The notes beneath the pieces are model-generated. The model searched no databases. It was not told the origin of the DNA and saw only the letters and a list, made by a program, of their open reading frames with translations. Shown here piece by piece: positions 34,200-51,285 of a stretch of DNA of 64,000 nucleotides; position 1 is the stretch's first letter; each line of letters starts with the position of its first letter. Made by a program: the position numbers and the translations under genes. The stretch comes from Eledone cirrhosa (lineage: Eukaryota), in the NCBI GenBank assembly GCA_964016885.1, contig OZ024756.1:42780001-42844000 (forward strand). Reading direction: 5' to 3'.

Positions 34200-37100
34200 A
34201 CACACACTAGAGACAGACATTGGACACACACCAGAGACAGACATTGGACACACACCAGAGACAGACATTGGACACACACTAGAGACAGACATTGGACACA
34301 CACTAGAGACAGACATTGGACAAACACCAGAGACAAACATTGGACACACACTAGAGACAGACATTGGACACACTAGAGACAGACATTGGATACACTCGAG
34401 ACAGACATTGGTCACACACTAGAGACAGACATTGGACACACACTAGAGACAGACATTAGACACACACTAGAGACAGACATTGGACACACACTAGAGACAG
34501 ACATTGGACACACACTAGAGACAGACATTGGACACACATTAGAGACAGACGTTGGACACACACTAGAGACAGACATTGGACACACACTAGAGACAGACAT
34601 TGGACACACTAGAGACAGACATTGGACACACTAGAGACAGACATTGGGCATACACACTAGTGACAGACATTGGACACACACTAGAGACAGACATTGGACA
34701 CACACCAGAGACAGACATTGGACACACACCAGAGACAGACATTGGACACACACTAGAGACAGACATTGGACACACACTAGAGACAGACATTGGACACACA
34801 CCAGAGACAGACATTGGACACACACTAGAGACAGACATTGGACACACACTAGAGACAGACATTGGACACACACCAGAGACAGACATTGGACACACACTAG
34901 AGACAGACATTGGACACACACCAGAGACAGACATTGGACACACACAAGAGACAGACATTGGACACACACCAGAGACAGACATTGGACACACACTAGAGAC
35001 AGACATTGGACACACACCAGAGACAGACATTGGACACACACCAGAGACAGACATTGGACACACACTAGAGACAGACATTGGACACACACTAGAGACAGAC
35101 ATTAGACACACGCCAGAGACAGACATTGGTCACACACACTAGGGACAGACATTGGAGACACACTAGATACAGACATTGGACACAAACTAGAGACAGACAT
35201 TGGACACACACTAGATACAGACATTGGACACACACCAGAGACAGACATTGGACACACACTAGAGACAGACATTGGAGACACACTAGAGACAGACATTGGA
35301 CACACACTATAGACAGACATTGGACACACACTAGAGACAGACATTGGACACACACTAGAGACAGACATTGGAGACACACTAGAGACAGACATTGGACACA
35401 CACTAGAGACAGACATTGGACACACACGAGAGATAGACATTGGACACACACCAGAGACAGACATTGGACACACACTAGAGACAGACATTGGTCACACACT
35501 AGAGACAGACATTGGACACACACCAGAGACAGACATTGGACACACACTAGAGACAGACATTGGACACACACCAGAGACAGACATTGGACACACACCAGAG
35601 ACAGACATTGGACACACACCAGAGACAGACATTGGACACACACTAGAGACAGACATTGGACACACACCAGAGACAGACATTGGACACACACTAGAGACAG
35701 ACATTGGACACACACTAGAGACAGACATTGGACACACACTAGAGACAGACATTGGACACACACTAGAGACAGACATTGGACACACACCAGAGACAGACAT
35801 TGGACACACACTAGAGACAGACATTGGACACACACTAGAGACAGACATTGGACACACACTAGAGACAGACATTGGACACACACTACAGACAGACATTGGA
35901 CACACACTAGAAACAGACATTGGACAAACACCAGAGACAGATATTGGACACACACCAGAGACAGACATTGGACACACACCAGAGACAGACATTGGACACA
36001 CACTAGAGACAGACATTGGACACACACCAGAGACAGACATTGGACACACACCAGAGACAGACATTGGACACACACTAGAGACAGACATTGGACACACACC
36101 AGAGACAGACATTGGACACACACTAGAGAGAGACATTGGACACACACTAGAGAAGACATTGGACACACACTAGAGACAGACATTGGACACACACTAGAGA
36201 CAGACATTGGACACACACCAGAGACAGACATTGGACACACACCAGAGACAGACATTGGACACACACTAGAGACAGACATTGGACACACACTAGAGACAGA
36301 CATTGGACACACACTAGAGACAGACATTGGACACACACTAGAAACAGACATTGGACACACACCAGAGACAGACATTGGACACACACCAGAGACAGACATT
36401 GGACACACACCAGAGACAGACATTGGACACACACTAGAGACAGACATTGGACACACACCAGAGACAGACATTGGACACACACTAGAGACAGACATTGGAC
36501 ACACACCAGAGACAGACATTGGACACACACCAGAGACAGACATTGGACACACACCAGAGACAGACATTGGGCACACACTAGAGACAGACATTGGACACAC
36601 ACACTAGAGAAAGACATTGGACACACAATAGAGACAGACATTAGACACACACCAGAGACAGACATTGGACACACACTAGAGACAGACATTGTGCACACAC
36701 CAAAGACAGACATTGGGCACACACTAGAGACAGACATTGGACACACACTAGAGACAGACATTGGGCACACACTAGAGACAGACATTGGACACACACTAGA
36801 GAAAAACATTTGACACACACTAGAGACAGACGTTGGACACACACACTAGAGACAGACATTGGACACACACTAGAGACAGACACTAGACACACACTAGAGA
36901 CAGACATTGGACACACACACACAAGGGACAGTCATTGGAGACACACTAGATAGAGACATTGGACATACACTAGAGACAGACATTGGACACACACTAGATA
37001 CAGACATTGGACACACACTAGATACAGACATTGGACACACACCAGAGACAGACATTGGACACACACCAGAGACAGACATTGGACACACACCAGAGACAGA

Positions 37101-38960
37101 CATTGGACACACACTAGAGACAGACATTGGACACACACTAGAGACAGACATTGGACACACACCAGAGACAGACATTGGACACACACCAGAGACAGACATT
37201 GGACACACACTAGAGACAGACATTGGACACACACTAGAGACAGACATTGGACAAACACCAGAGACAAACATTGGACACACACTAGAGACAGACATTGGAC
37301 ACACTAGAGACAGACATTGGATACACTCGAGACAGACATTGGTCACACACTAGAGACAGACATTGGACACACACTAGAGACAGACATTAGACACACACTA
37401 GAGACAGACATTGGACACACACTAGAGACAGACATTGGACACACACTAGAGACAGACATTGGACACACATTAGAGACAGACGTTGGACACACACTAGAGA
37501 CAGACATTGGACACACACTAGAGACAGACATTGGACACACTAGAGACAGACATTGGACACACTAGAGACAGACATTGGGCATACACACTAGTGACAGACA
37601 TTGGACACACACTAGAGACAGACATTGGACACACACCAGAGACAGACATTGGACACACACCAGAGACAGACATTGGACACACACTAGAGACAGACATTGG
37701 ACACACACTAGAGACAGACATTGGACACACACCAGAGACAGACATTGGACACACACTAGAGACAGACATTGGACACACACTAGAGACAGACATTGGACAC
37801 ACACCAGAGACAGACATTGGACACACACTAGAGACAGACATTGGACACACACCAGAGACAGACATTGGACACACACAAGAGACAGACATTGGACACACAC
37901 CAGAGACAGACATTGGACACACACTAGAGACAGACATTGGACACACACCAGAGACAGACATTGGACACACACCAGAGACAGACATTGGACACACACTAGA
38001 GACAGACATTGGACACACACTAGAGACAGACATTAGACACACGCCAGAGACAGACATTGGTCACACACACTAGGGACAGACATTGGAGACACACTAGATA
38101 CAGACATTGGACACAAACTAGAGACAGACATTGGACACACACTAGATACAGACATTGGACACACACCAGAGACAGACATTGGACACACACTAGAGACAGA
38201 CATTGGAGACACACTAGAGACAGACATTGGACACACACTATAGACAGACATTGGACACACACTAGAGACAGACATTGGACACACACTAGAGACAGACATT
38301 GGAGACACACTAGAGACAGACATTGGACACACACTAGAGACAGACATTGGACACACACGAGAGACAGACATTGGACACACACCAGAGACAGACATTGGAC
38401 ACACACTAGAGACAGACATTGGTCACACACTAGAGACAGACATTGGACACACACCAGAGACAGACATTGGACACACACTAGAGACAGACATTGGACACAC
38501 ACCAGAGACAGACATTGGACACACACCAGAGACAGACATTGGACACACACCAGAGACAGACATTGGACACACACTAGAGACAGACATTGGACACACACCA
38601 GAGACAGACATTGGACACACACTAGAGACAGACATTGGACACACACTAGAGACAGACATTGGACACACACTAGAGACAGACATTGGACACACACTAGAGA
38701 CAGACATTGGACACACACCAGAGACAGACATTGGACACACACTAGAGACAGACATTGGACACACACTAGAGACAGACATTGGACACACACTAGAGACAGA
38801 CATTGGACACACACTACAGACAGACATTGGACACACACTAGAAACAGACATTGGACAAACACCAGAGACAGATATTGGACACACACCAGAGACAGACATT
38901 GGACACACACCAGAGACAGACATTGGACACACACTAGAGACAGACATTGGACACACACCA
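34200..38960 (+). repeat. Higher-order duplication, offset 2931 bp (~34200-36030 versus ~37130-38960)
   Basis: ORF pairs 34386/37317, 34587/37518 and 35089/38020. Private markers are GGATACACTCGAG, CACACAAGAG and the CTACAG/CTAGAAAC/CAAACACC/AGATATTGG cluster. Confidence 0.9.
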
Positions 38961-39074
38961 GAGACAGACATTGGACACACACTAGAGACAGACATTGGAC
39001 ACACACCAGAGACAGACATTGGACACACACCAGAGACAGACATTGGACACACACCAGAGACAGACATTGGGCAC

Positions 39075-42000
39075 ACACTAGAGACAGACATTGGACACAC
39101 ACCAGAGACAGACATTGGACACACACTAGAGACAGACATTGGACACACACTAGAGACAGACATTGGACACACACTAGAGACAGACATTGGACACACACTA
39201 GAGACAGACATTGGACACACACCAGAGACAGACATTGGACACACACCAGAGACAGACATTGGACACACACCAGAGACAGACATTGGACACACACTAGAGA
39301 CAGACATTGGACACACACCAGAGACAGACATTGGACACACACCAGAGACAGACATTGGACACACACTAGAGACAGACATTGGACACACACTAGAGACAGA
39401 CATTGGACACACACTAGAGACAGACATTGGACACACACCATAGTCAGACATTGGACACACACACTCTAGAAAGACATTGGACACACAATAGAGACAGACA
39501 TTAGACACACACCAGAGACAGACATTGGACACACACTAGAGACAGACATTGTGCACACACCAAAGACAGACATTGGGCACACACTAGAGACAGACATTGG
39601 ACACACACTAGAGACAGACATTGGGCACACACTAGAGACAGACATTGGACACACACTAGAGAAAAACATTTGACACACTAGAGACAGACGTTGGACACAC
39701 ACACTAGAGACAGACATTGGACACACACTAGAGACAGACATTGGACACACTAGAGACAGACATTGGACACACTAGAGACAGACATTGGTCACACACTAGA
39801 GACAGACATTGGACACACACTAGAGACAGACATTAGACACACACTAGAGACAGACATTGGACACACACTAGAGACAGACATTGGACACACACTAGAGACA
39901 GACATTGGACACACATTAGAGACAGACGTTGGACACACACTAGAAACAGAGATTGGACACACACTAGAGACAGACATTGGACACACTAGAGATAGACATT
40001 GGACACACTAGAGACAGACATTGGACATACACACTAGTGACAGACATTGGACACACACTAGAGACAGACATTGGACACACACCAGAGACAGACATTGGAC
40101 ACACACCAGAGACAGACATTGGACACACACTAGAGACAGACAGTGGACACACACTAGAGACAGACATTGGACACACACCAGAGACAGACATTGGACACAC
40201 ACTAGAGACAGACATTGGACACACTAGAGAAAGACATTGGACACACTAGAGACAGACATTGGACATACACACTAGTGACAGACATTGGACACACACTAGA
40301 GACAGACATTGGACACACACCAGAGACAGACATTGGACACACACCAGAGACAGACATTGGACACACACTAGAGACAGACAGTGGACACACACTAGAGACA
40401 GACATTGGACACACACCAGAGACAGACATTGGACACACACCAGAGACAGACATTGGACACACACTAGAGACAGACATTGGACACACACCAGAGACAGACA
40501 TTGGACACACACTAGAGACAGACATTGGACACACGCTAGAGACAGACATTGGACACACACTAGAGACAGACATTGGACACACACTAGAGACAGACATTGG
40601 ACACACACCAGAGACAGACATTGGACACACACCAGAGACTGACATTGGACACACACCAGAGACAGACATTGGACACACACTAGAGACAGACATTGGACAC
40701 ACACCAGAGACAGACATTGGACACACACCAGAGACAGACATTGGACACACACTAGAGACAGACATTGGACACACACTAGAGACAGACATTAGACACACGC
40801 TAGAGACAGACATTGGTCACACACACTAGCGACAGACATTGGAGACACACTAGATACAGACATTGGACACAAACTAGAGACAGACATTGGACACACACTA
40901 GATACAGACATTGGACACACACCAGAGACAGACATTGGACACACACTAGAGACAGACATTGGAGACACACTAGAAAGAGACATTGGACATACACTAGAGA
41001 CAGACATTGGACACACACTAGAGACAGACATTGGAGACACACTATAGACAGACATTGGACACACACTAGAGACAGACATTGGACACACACTAGAGACAGA
41101 CATTGGAGACACACTAGAGACAGACATTGGACACACACTAGAGACAGACATTGGACACACACGAGAGACAGACATTGGACACACACTAGAGACAGACATT
41201 GGACACACACCAGAGACAGACATTGGACACACACTAGAGACAGACATTGGACACACACTAGAGACAGACATTGGACACACACTAGAGACAGACATTGGAC
41301 ACACACCAGAAACAGACATTGGACACACACCAGAGACAGACATTGGACACACACTAGAGACAGACATTGGACACACACTAGAGACAGACATTGGACACAC
41401 ACTAGAGACAGACATTGGACACACACTAGAAACAGACATTGGACACACACCAGAGACAGACATTGGACACACACCAGAGACAGACATTGGACACACACCA
41501 GAGATAGACATTGGACACACACTAGAGACAGACATTGGACACACACTAGAGACAGACATTGGACACACACTAGAGACAGACATTGGACACACACTAGAGA
41601 CAGACATTGGACACACACCAGAAACAGACATTGGACACACACCAGAGACAGACATTGGACACACACTAGAGACAGACATTGGACACACACTAGAGACAGA
41701 CATTGGACACACACTAGAGACAGACATTGGACACACACTAGAAACAGACATTGGACACACACCAGAGACAGACATTGGACACACACCAGAGACAGACATT
41801 GGACACACACCAGAGATAGACATTGGACACACACTAGAGACAGACATTGGACACACACCAGAGACAGACATTGGACACACACTAGAGACAGACATTGGAC
41901 ACACACCAGAGACAGACATTGGACACACACCAGAGACAGACATTGGACACACACCAGAGACAGACATTGGACACACACTAGAGACAGACATTGGACACAC

Positions 42001-45000
42001 ACCAGAGACAGACATTGGACACACACTAGAGACAGACATTGGACACACACTAGAGACAGACATTGGACACACACTAGAGACAGACATTGGACACACACTA
42101 GAGACAGACATTGGACACACACCAGAGACAGACATTGGACACACACCAGAGACAGACATTGGACACACACCAGAGACAGACATTGGACACACACTAGAGA
42201 CAGACATTGGACACACACCAGAGACAGACATTGGACACACACCAGAGACAGACATTGGACACACACTAGAGACAGACATTGGACACACACTAGAGACAGA
42301 CATTGGACACACACTAGAGACAGACATTGGACACACACCATAGTCAGACATTGGACACACACACTAGAGAAAGACATTGGACACACAATAGAGACAGACA
42401 TTAGACACACACCAGAGACAGACATTGGACACACACTAGAGACAGACATTGTGCACACACCAAAGACAGACATTGGGCACACACTAGAGACAGACATTGG
42501 ACACACACTAGAGACAGACATTGGGCACACACTAGAGACAGACATTGGACACACACTAGAGAAAAACATTTGACACACTAGAGACAGACGTTGGACACAC
42601 ACACTAGAGACAGACATTGGACACACACTAGAGACAGACATTGGACACACTAGAGACAGACATTGGACACACTAGAGACAGACATTGGTCACACACTAGA
42701 GACAGACATTGGACACACACTAGAGACAGACATTAGACACACACTAGAGACAGACATTGGACACACACTAGAGACAGACATTGGACACACACTAGAGACA
42801 GACATTGGACACACATTAGAGACAGACGTTGGACACACACTAGAAACAGACATTGGACACACACTAGAGACAGACATTGGACACACTAGAGATAGACATT
42901 GGACACACTAGAGACAGACATTGGACATACACACTAGTGACAGACATTGGACACACACTAGAGACAGACATTGGACACACACCAGAGACAGACATTGGAC
43001 ACACACCAGAGACAGACATTGGACACACACTAGAGACAGACAGTGGACACACACTAGAGACAGACATTGGACACACACCAGAGACAGACATTGGACACAC
43101 ACTAGAGACAGACATTGGACACACTAGAGATAGACATTGGACACACTAGAGACAGACATTGGACATACACACTAGTGACAGACATTGGACACACACTAGA
43201 GACAGACATTGGACACACACCAGAGACAGACATTGGACACACACCAGAGACAGACATTGGACACACACTAGAGACAGACAGTGGACACACACTAGAGACA
43301 GACATTGGACACACACCAGAGACAGACATTGGACACACACCAGAGACAGACATTGGACACACACTAGAGACAGACATTGGACACACACCAGAGACAGACA
43401 TTGGACACACACTAGAGACAGACATTGGACACACGCTAGAGACAGACATTGGACACACACTAGAGACAGACATTGGACACACACTAGAGACAGACATTGG
43501 ACACACACCAGAGACAGACATTGGACACACACCAGAGACTGACATTGGACACACACCAGAGACAGACATTGGACACACACTAGAGACAGACATTGGACAC
43601 ACACCAGAGACAGACATTGGACACACACCAGAGACAGACATTGGACACACACTAGAGACAGACATTGGACACACACTAGAGACAGACATTAGACACACGC
43701 TAGAGACAGACATTGGTCACACACACTAGCGACAGACATTGGAGACACACTAGATACAGACATTGGACACAAACTAGAGACAGACATTCGACACACACTA
43801 GATACAGACATTGGACACACACCAGAGACAGACATTGGACACACACTAGAGACAGACATTGGAGACACACTAGAAAGAGACATTGGACATACACTAGAGA
43901 CAGACATTGGACACACACTAGAGACAGACATTGGAGACACACTATAGACAGACATTGGACACACACTAGAGACAGACATTGGACACACACTAGAGACAGA
44001 CATTGGAGACACACTAGAGACAGACATTGGACACACACTAGAGACAGACATTGGACACACACGAGAGACAGACATTGGACACACACTAGAGACAGACATT
44101 GGACACACACCAGAGACAGACATTGGACACACACTAGAGACAGACATTGGACACACACTAGAGACAGACATTGGACACACACTAGAGACAGACATTGGAC
44201 ACACACCAGAGACAGACATTGGACACACACCTGAGACAGACATTGGACACACACTAGAGACAGACATTGGACACACACTAGAGACAGACATTGGACACAC
44301 ACTAGAGACAGACATTGGACACACACTAGAAACAGACATTGGACACACACCAGAGACAGACATTGGACACACACCAGAGACAGACATTGGACACACACCA
44401 GAGATAGACATTGGACACACACTAGAGACAGACATTGGACACACACTAGAGACAGACATTGGACACACACTAGAGACAGACATTGGACACACACTAGAGA
44501 CAGACATTGGACACACACCAGAGACAGACATTGGACACACACCAGAGACAGACATTGGACACACACTAGAGACAGACATTGGACACACACTAGAGACAGA
44601 CATTGGACACACACTAGAGACAGACATTGGACACACACTAGAAACAGACATTGGACACACACCAGAGACAGACATTGGACACACACCAGAGACAGACATT
44701 GGACACACACCAGAGATAGACATTGGACACACACTAGAGACAGACATTGGACACACACCAGAGACAGACATTGGACACACACTAGAGACAGACATTGGAC
44801 ACACACCAGAGACAGACATTGGACACACACCAGAGACAGACATTGGACACACACCAGAGACAGACATTGGACACACACTAGAGACAGACATTGGACACAC
44901 ACCAGAGACAGACATTGGACACACACTAGAGACAGACATTGGACACACACTAGAGACAGACATTGGACACACACTAGAGACAGACATTGGACACACACTA

Positions 45001-45084
45001 GAGACAGACATTGGACACACACCAGAGACAGACATTGGACACACACCAGAGACAGACATTGGACACACACCAGAGACAGACATT
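39075..45084 (+). repeat. Tandem higher-order duplication, period 2900 bp, with nested 238-bp and 312-bp duplications
   Basis: ORF pairs 39763/42663, 39964/42864, 40202/43102 and 40813/43713. The private marker ACAGTGG occurs at ~40140, 40378, 43040 and 43278. Confidence 0.92.
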
Positions 45085-46659
45085 GGTCACACACTAGAGA
45101 CAGACATTGGACACACACTAGAGACAGACATTGGACACACACCAGAGACAGACATTGGACACACACTAGAGACAGACATTGGACACACACTAGAGACAGA
45201 CATTAGACACACGCTAGAGACAGACATTGGTCACACACACTAGGGACAGACATTGGAGACACACTAGATACAGACATTGGACACAAACTAGAGACAGACA
45301 TTGGACACACACTAGATACAGACATTGGACACACACCAGAGACAGACATTGGACACACACTAGAGACAGACATTGGAGACACACTAGAAAGAGACATTGG
45401 ACATACACTAGAGACAGACATTGGACACACACTAGATACAGACATTGGACACACACCAGAGACAGACATTGGACACACACTAGAGACAGACATTGGAGAC
45501 ACACTAGAGACAGACATTGGACACACACTATAAACAGACATTGGACACACACTAGAAACAGACATTGGACACACACTAGAGACAGACATTGGAGACACAC
45601 TAGAGACAGACATTGGACACACACTAGAGACAGACATTGGACACACACTAGAGACAGACATTGGACACACACCAGAGACAGACATTGGACACACTAGATA
45701 CAGACATTGGACACACGCACTAGAGACAGACATTGGACACACACCAGAGACAGACATTGGACACACACTAGAGACAGACATTGGACACACACTAGAGACA
45801 GACATTGGACACACACCAGAGACAGACATTGGACACACACTAGAGACAGACATTGGACACACACCAGAGACAGACATTGGACACACACCAGAGACAGACA
45901 TTGGACACACACCAGAGACAGACATTGGACACACACTAGAGACAGACATTGGACACACACCAGAGACAGACATTGGACACACACTAGAGACAGACATTGG
46001 ACACACACTAGAGACAGACATTGGACACACACTAGAGACAGACATTGGACACACACTAGAGACAGACATTGGACACACACCAGAGACAGACATTGGACAC
46101 ACTAGATACAGACATTGGACACACACACTAGAGACAGACACTAGACACACACTAGAGACAGACATTGGACACACACACAAGGGACATTCATTGGAGACAC
46201 ACTAGATAGAGACATTGGACATACACTAGAGACAGACATTGGACACACACTAGATACAGACATTGGACACACACTAGATACAGACATTGGACACACACCA
46301 GAGACAGACATTGGACACACACTAGAGACAGACATTGGACACACACCAGAGACAGACATTGGACACACACTAGAGACAGACATTGGACACACACGAGAGA
46401 CAGACATTGGACACACACCAGAGACAGACATTGGACACACACTAGAGACAGACATTGGACACACACTAGAGACAGACATTGGACACACACCAGAGACAGA
46501 CATTGGACACACACTAGAGACAGACATTGGACACACACCAGAGACAGACATTGGACACACACCAGAGACAGACATTGGACACACACCAGAGACAGACATT
46601 GGACACACACTAGAGACAGACATTGGACACACACCAGAGACAGACATTGGACAGACACT

Positions 46660-49600
46660 AGATACAGACATTGGTCACACACTAGAGACAGACATTGGAC
46701 ACACACTAGAGACAGACATTAGACACACACTAGAGACAGACATTGGACACACACTAGAGACAGACATTGGACACACACTAGAGACAGACATTGGACACAC
46801 ATTAGAGACAGACGTTGGACACACACTAGAGACAGACATTGGACACACACTAGAGACAGACATTGGACACACTAGAGACAGACATTGGACACACTAGAGA
46901 CAGACATTGGGCATACACACTAGTGACAGACATTGGACACACACTAGAGACAGACATTGGACACACTAGAGACAGACATTGGGCACACACTAGAGACTGA
47001 CATTGGACACACACTAGAGACAGACATTGGAGACACTAGAGACAGACATTGGACACACACACTAGTGACAGACATTGGACACACACTAGAGACAGACATT
47101 AGACACACACTAGAGACAGACATTGGACACACACTAGAGACAGATATTGGACACACTAGAGACAGACATTGGACACACACTAGAGACAGACATTGGACAC
47201 ACACTAGAGACAGACATTGGACACACATTAGAGACAGAGATTAGACACACACTAGAGACAGACATTGGACACACACTAGAGACAGACATTGGACACACAC
47301 TAGAGACAGACATTGGACACACACCATAGTCAGACATTGGACACACACACTAGAGAAAGACATTGGACACACAATAGAGACAGACATTAGACACACACCA
47401 GAGACAGACATTGGACACACACTAGAGACAGACATTGTGCACACACCAAAGACAGACATTGGGCACACACTAGAGACAGACATTGGACACACACTAGAGA
47501 CAGACATTGGGCACACACTAGAGACAGACATTGGACACACACTAGAGAAAAACATTTGACACACACTAGAGACAGACGTTGGACACACACACTAGAGACA
47601 GACATTGGACACACACTAGAGACAGACATTGGAAACACTAGAGACAGACATTGGACACACACACTAGAGACAGACACTAGACACACACTAGAGACAGACA
47701 TTGGACACACACACACAAGGGACAGTCATTGGAGACACACTAGATAGAGACATTGGACATACACTAGAGACAGACATTGGACACACACTAGATACAGACA
47801 TTGGACACACACTAGATACAGACATTGGACACACACCAGAGACAGACATTGGACACACACCAGAGACAGACATTGGACACACACCAGAGACAGACATTGG
47901 AGACACACTAGAGACATACATTGGAGACACACTAGAGACAGACATTGGACACACACTAGAGACAGACATTGGACACACACCAGAGACAGACATTGGACAC
48001 ACACCAGAGACAGACATTGGACACACACTAGAGACAGACATTGGACACACACTAGAGACAGACATTGGACAAACACCAGAGACAAACATTGGACACACAC
48101 TAGAGACAGACATTGGACACACTAGAGACAGACATTGGACACACACCAGAGACAGACATTTGACACACACCAGAGACAGACATTGGACACACACTAGAGA
48201 CAGACATTGGACACACACCAGAGACAGACATTGGACACACACTAGAGACAGACATTGGACACACACTAGAGACAGACATTGGACACACACTAGAGACAGA
48301 CATTGGACACACACTAGAGACAGACATTGGACACACACCAGAGACAGACATTGGACACACACCAGAGACAGACATTGGACACACACTAGAGACAGACATT
48401 GTACACACACTAGAGACAGACATTGGACACACACTAGAGACAGACATTGGACACACACTAGAAACAGACATTGGACACACACCAGAGACAGACATTGGAC
48501 ACACACCAGAGACAGACATTGGACACACACCAGAGACAGACATTGGACACACACTAGAGACAGACATTGGACACACACCAGAGACAGACATTGGACACAC
48601 ACTAGAGACAGACATTGGACACACACCAGAGACAGACATTGGACATACACCAGAGACAGACATTGGACACACACCAGAGACAGACATTGGACACACACTA
48701 GAGACAGACATTGGACACACACCAGAGACAGACATTGGACACACACTAGAGACAGACATTGGACACACACTAGAGACAGACATTGGACACACACTAGAGA
48801 CAGACATTGGACACACACTAGAGACAGACATTGGACACACACCAGAGACAGACATTGGACACAAACCAGAGACAGACATTGGACACACACCAGAGACAGA
48901 CATTGGACACACACTAGAGACAGACATTGGACACACACCAGAGACAGACATTGGACACACACCAGAGACAGACATTGGACACACACTAGAGACAGACATT
49001 GGACACACACTAGAGACAGACATTGGACACACAGTAGAGACAGACATTGGACACACACCATAGTCAGACATTGGACACACACACTAGAGAAAGACATTGG
49101 ACACACAATAGAGACAGACATTAGACACACACCAGAGACAGACATTGGACACACACTAGAGACAGACATTGTGCACACACCAAAGACAGACATTGGGCAC
49201 ACACTAGAGACAGACATTGGACACACACTAGAGACAGACATTGGGCACACACTAGAGACAGACATTGGACACACGCTAGAGACAGACATTGGACACACTA
49301 GATACAGACATTGGACACACACACTAGAGACAGACACTAGAGACACACTAGAGACAGACATTGGACACACACACAAGGGACATTCATTGGAGACACACTA
49401 GATAGAGACATTGGACATACACTAGAGACAGACATTGGACACACACTAGATACAGACATTGGACACACACTAGATACAGACATTGGACACACACCAGAGA
49501 CAGACATTGGACACACACTAGAGACAGACATTGGACACACACCAGAGACAGACATTGGACACACACCAGAGACAGACATTGGACACACACTAGAGACAGA

Positions 49601-51285
49601 CATTGGACACACACTAGAGACAGACATTGGACAAACACCAGAGACAAACATTGGACACACACTAGAGACAGACATTGGACACACTAGAGACAGACATTGG
49701 ACAGACTAGAGACAGACATTGGTCACACACTAGAGACAGACATTGGACACACACTAGAGACAGACATTAGACACACACTAGAGATAGACATTGGACACAC
49801 ACTAGAGACAGACATTGGACACACACTAGAGACAGACATTGGACACACATTAGAGACAGACGTTGGACACACACTAGAGACAGACATTGGACACACACTA
49901 GAGACAGACATTAGACACACTAGAGACAGACATTGGACACACTAGAGACAGACATTGGACATACACACTAGTGACAAACATTGGACACACACTAGAGACA
50001 GACATTGGACACACACCAGAGACAGACATTGGACACACACCAGAGACAGACATTGGACACACACTAGAGACAGACATTGGACACACACTAGAGACAGACA
50101 TTGGACACACACTAGAGACAGACATTGGAGACACTAGAGACAGACATTGGACACACTAGAGACAGACATTGGGCACACACTAGAGACTGACATTGGACAC
50201 ACACTAGAGACAGACATTGGAGACACTAGAGACAGACATTGGACACACACACTAGTGACAGACATTGGACACACACTAGAGACAGACATTAGACACACAC
50301 TAGAGACAGACATTGGACACGCACTAGAGACAGACATTGGACACACTAGAGACAGACATTGGACACACACTAGAGACAGACATTGGACACACACTAGAGA
50401 CAGACATTGGACACACACTAGAGACAGACATTGGACACACTAGAGACAGACATTGGACACACACTAGAGACAGACATTGGACACACACTAGAGACAGACA
50501 TTGGACACACATTAGAGACAGAGATTAGACACACACTAGAGACAGACATTGGACACACACTAGAGACAGACATTGGACACACACTAGAGACAGACATTGG
50601 ACACACACCATAGTCAGACATTGGACACACACACTAGAGAAAGACATTGGACACACAATAGAGACAGACATTGGGCACACACTAGAGACAGACATTGGAC
50701 ACACACTAGAGACAGACATTGGGCACACACTAGAAACAGACATTGGACACACACTAGAGAAAAACATTTGACACACACTAGAGACAGACGTTGGACACAC
50801 ACACTAGAGACAGACATTGGACACACACTAGAGACAGACATTGGACACACTAGAGACAGACATTGGACACACACACTAGAGACAGACACTAGACACACAC
50901 TAGAGACAGACATTGGACACACACACATAAGGGACAGTCATTGGAGACACACTAGATAGAGACATTGGACATACACTAGAGACAGACATTGGACACACAC
51001 TAGATACAGACATTGGACACACACTAGATACAGACATTGGACACACACCAGAGACAGACATTGGACACACACAAGAGACAGACATTGGACACACACCAGA
51101 GACAGACATTGGACACACACTAGAGACAGACATTGGACACATACTAGAGACAGACATTGGAGACACACTAGAGACAGACATTGGAGACACACTAGAGACA
51201 GACATTGGACACACACTAGAGACAGACATTGGACACACACCAGAGACAGACATTGGACACACACCAGAGACAGACATTGGACACA
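46660..51285 (+). repeat. Segmental duplication B, copy 1 (sister at ~59373-64000)
   Basis: ORF pairs 46944/59659, 47688/60403 and 49697/62412 (offset 12715), and 50134/62873 and 50900/63639 (12739, one extra monomer). Confidence 0.92.
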
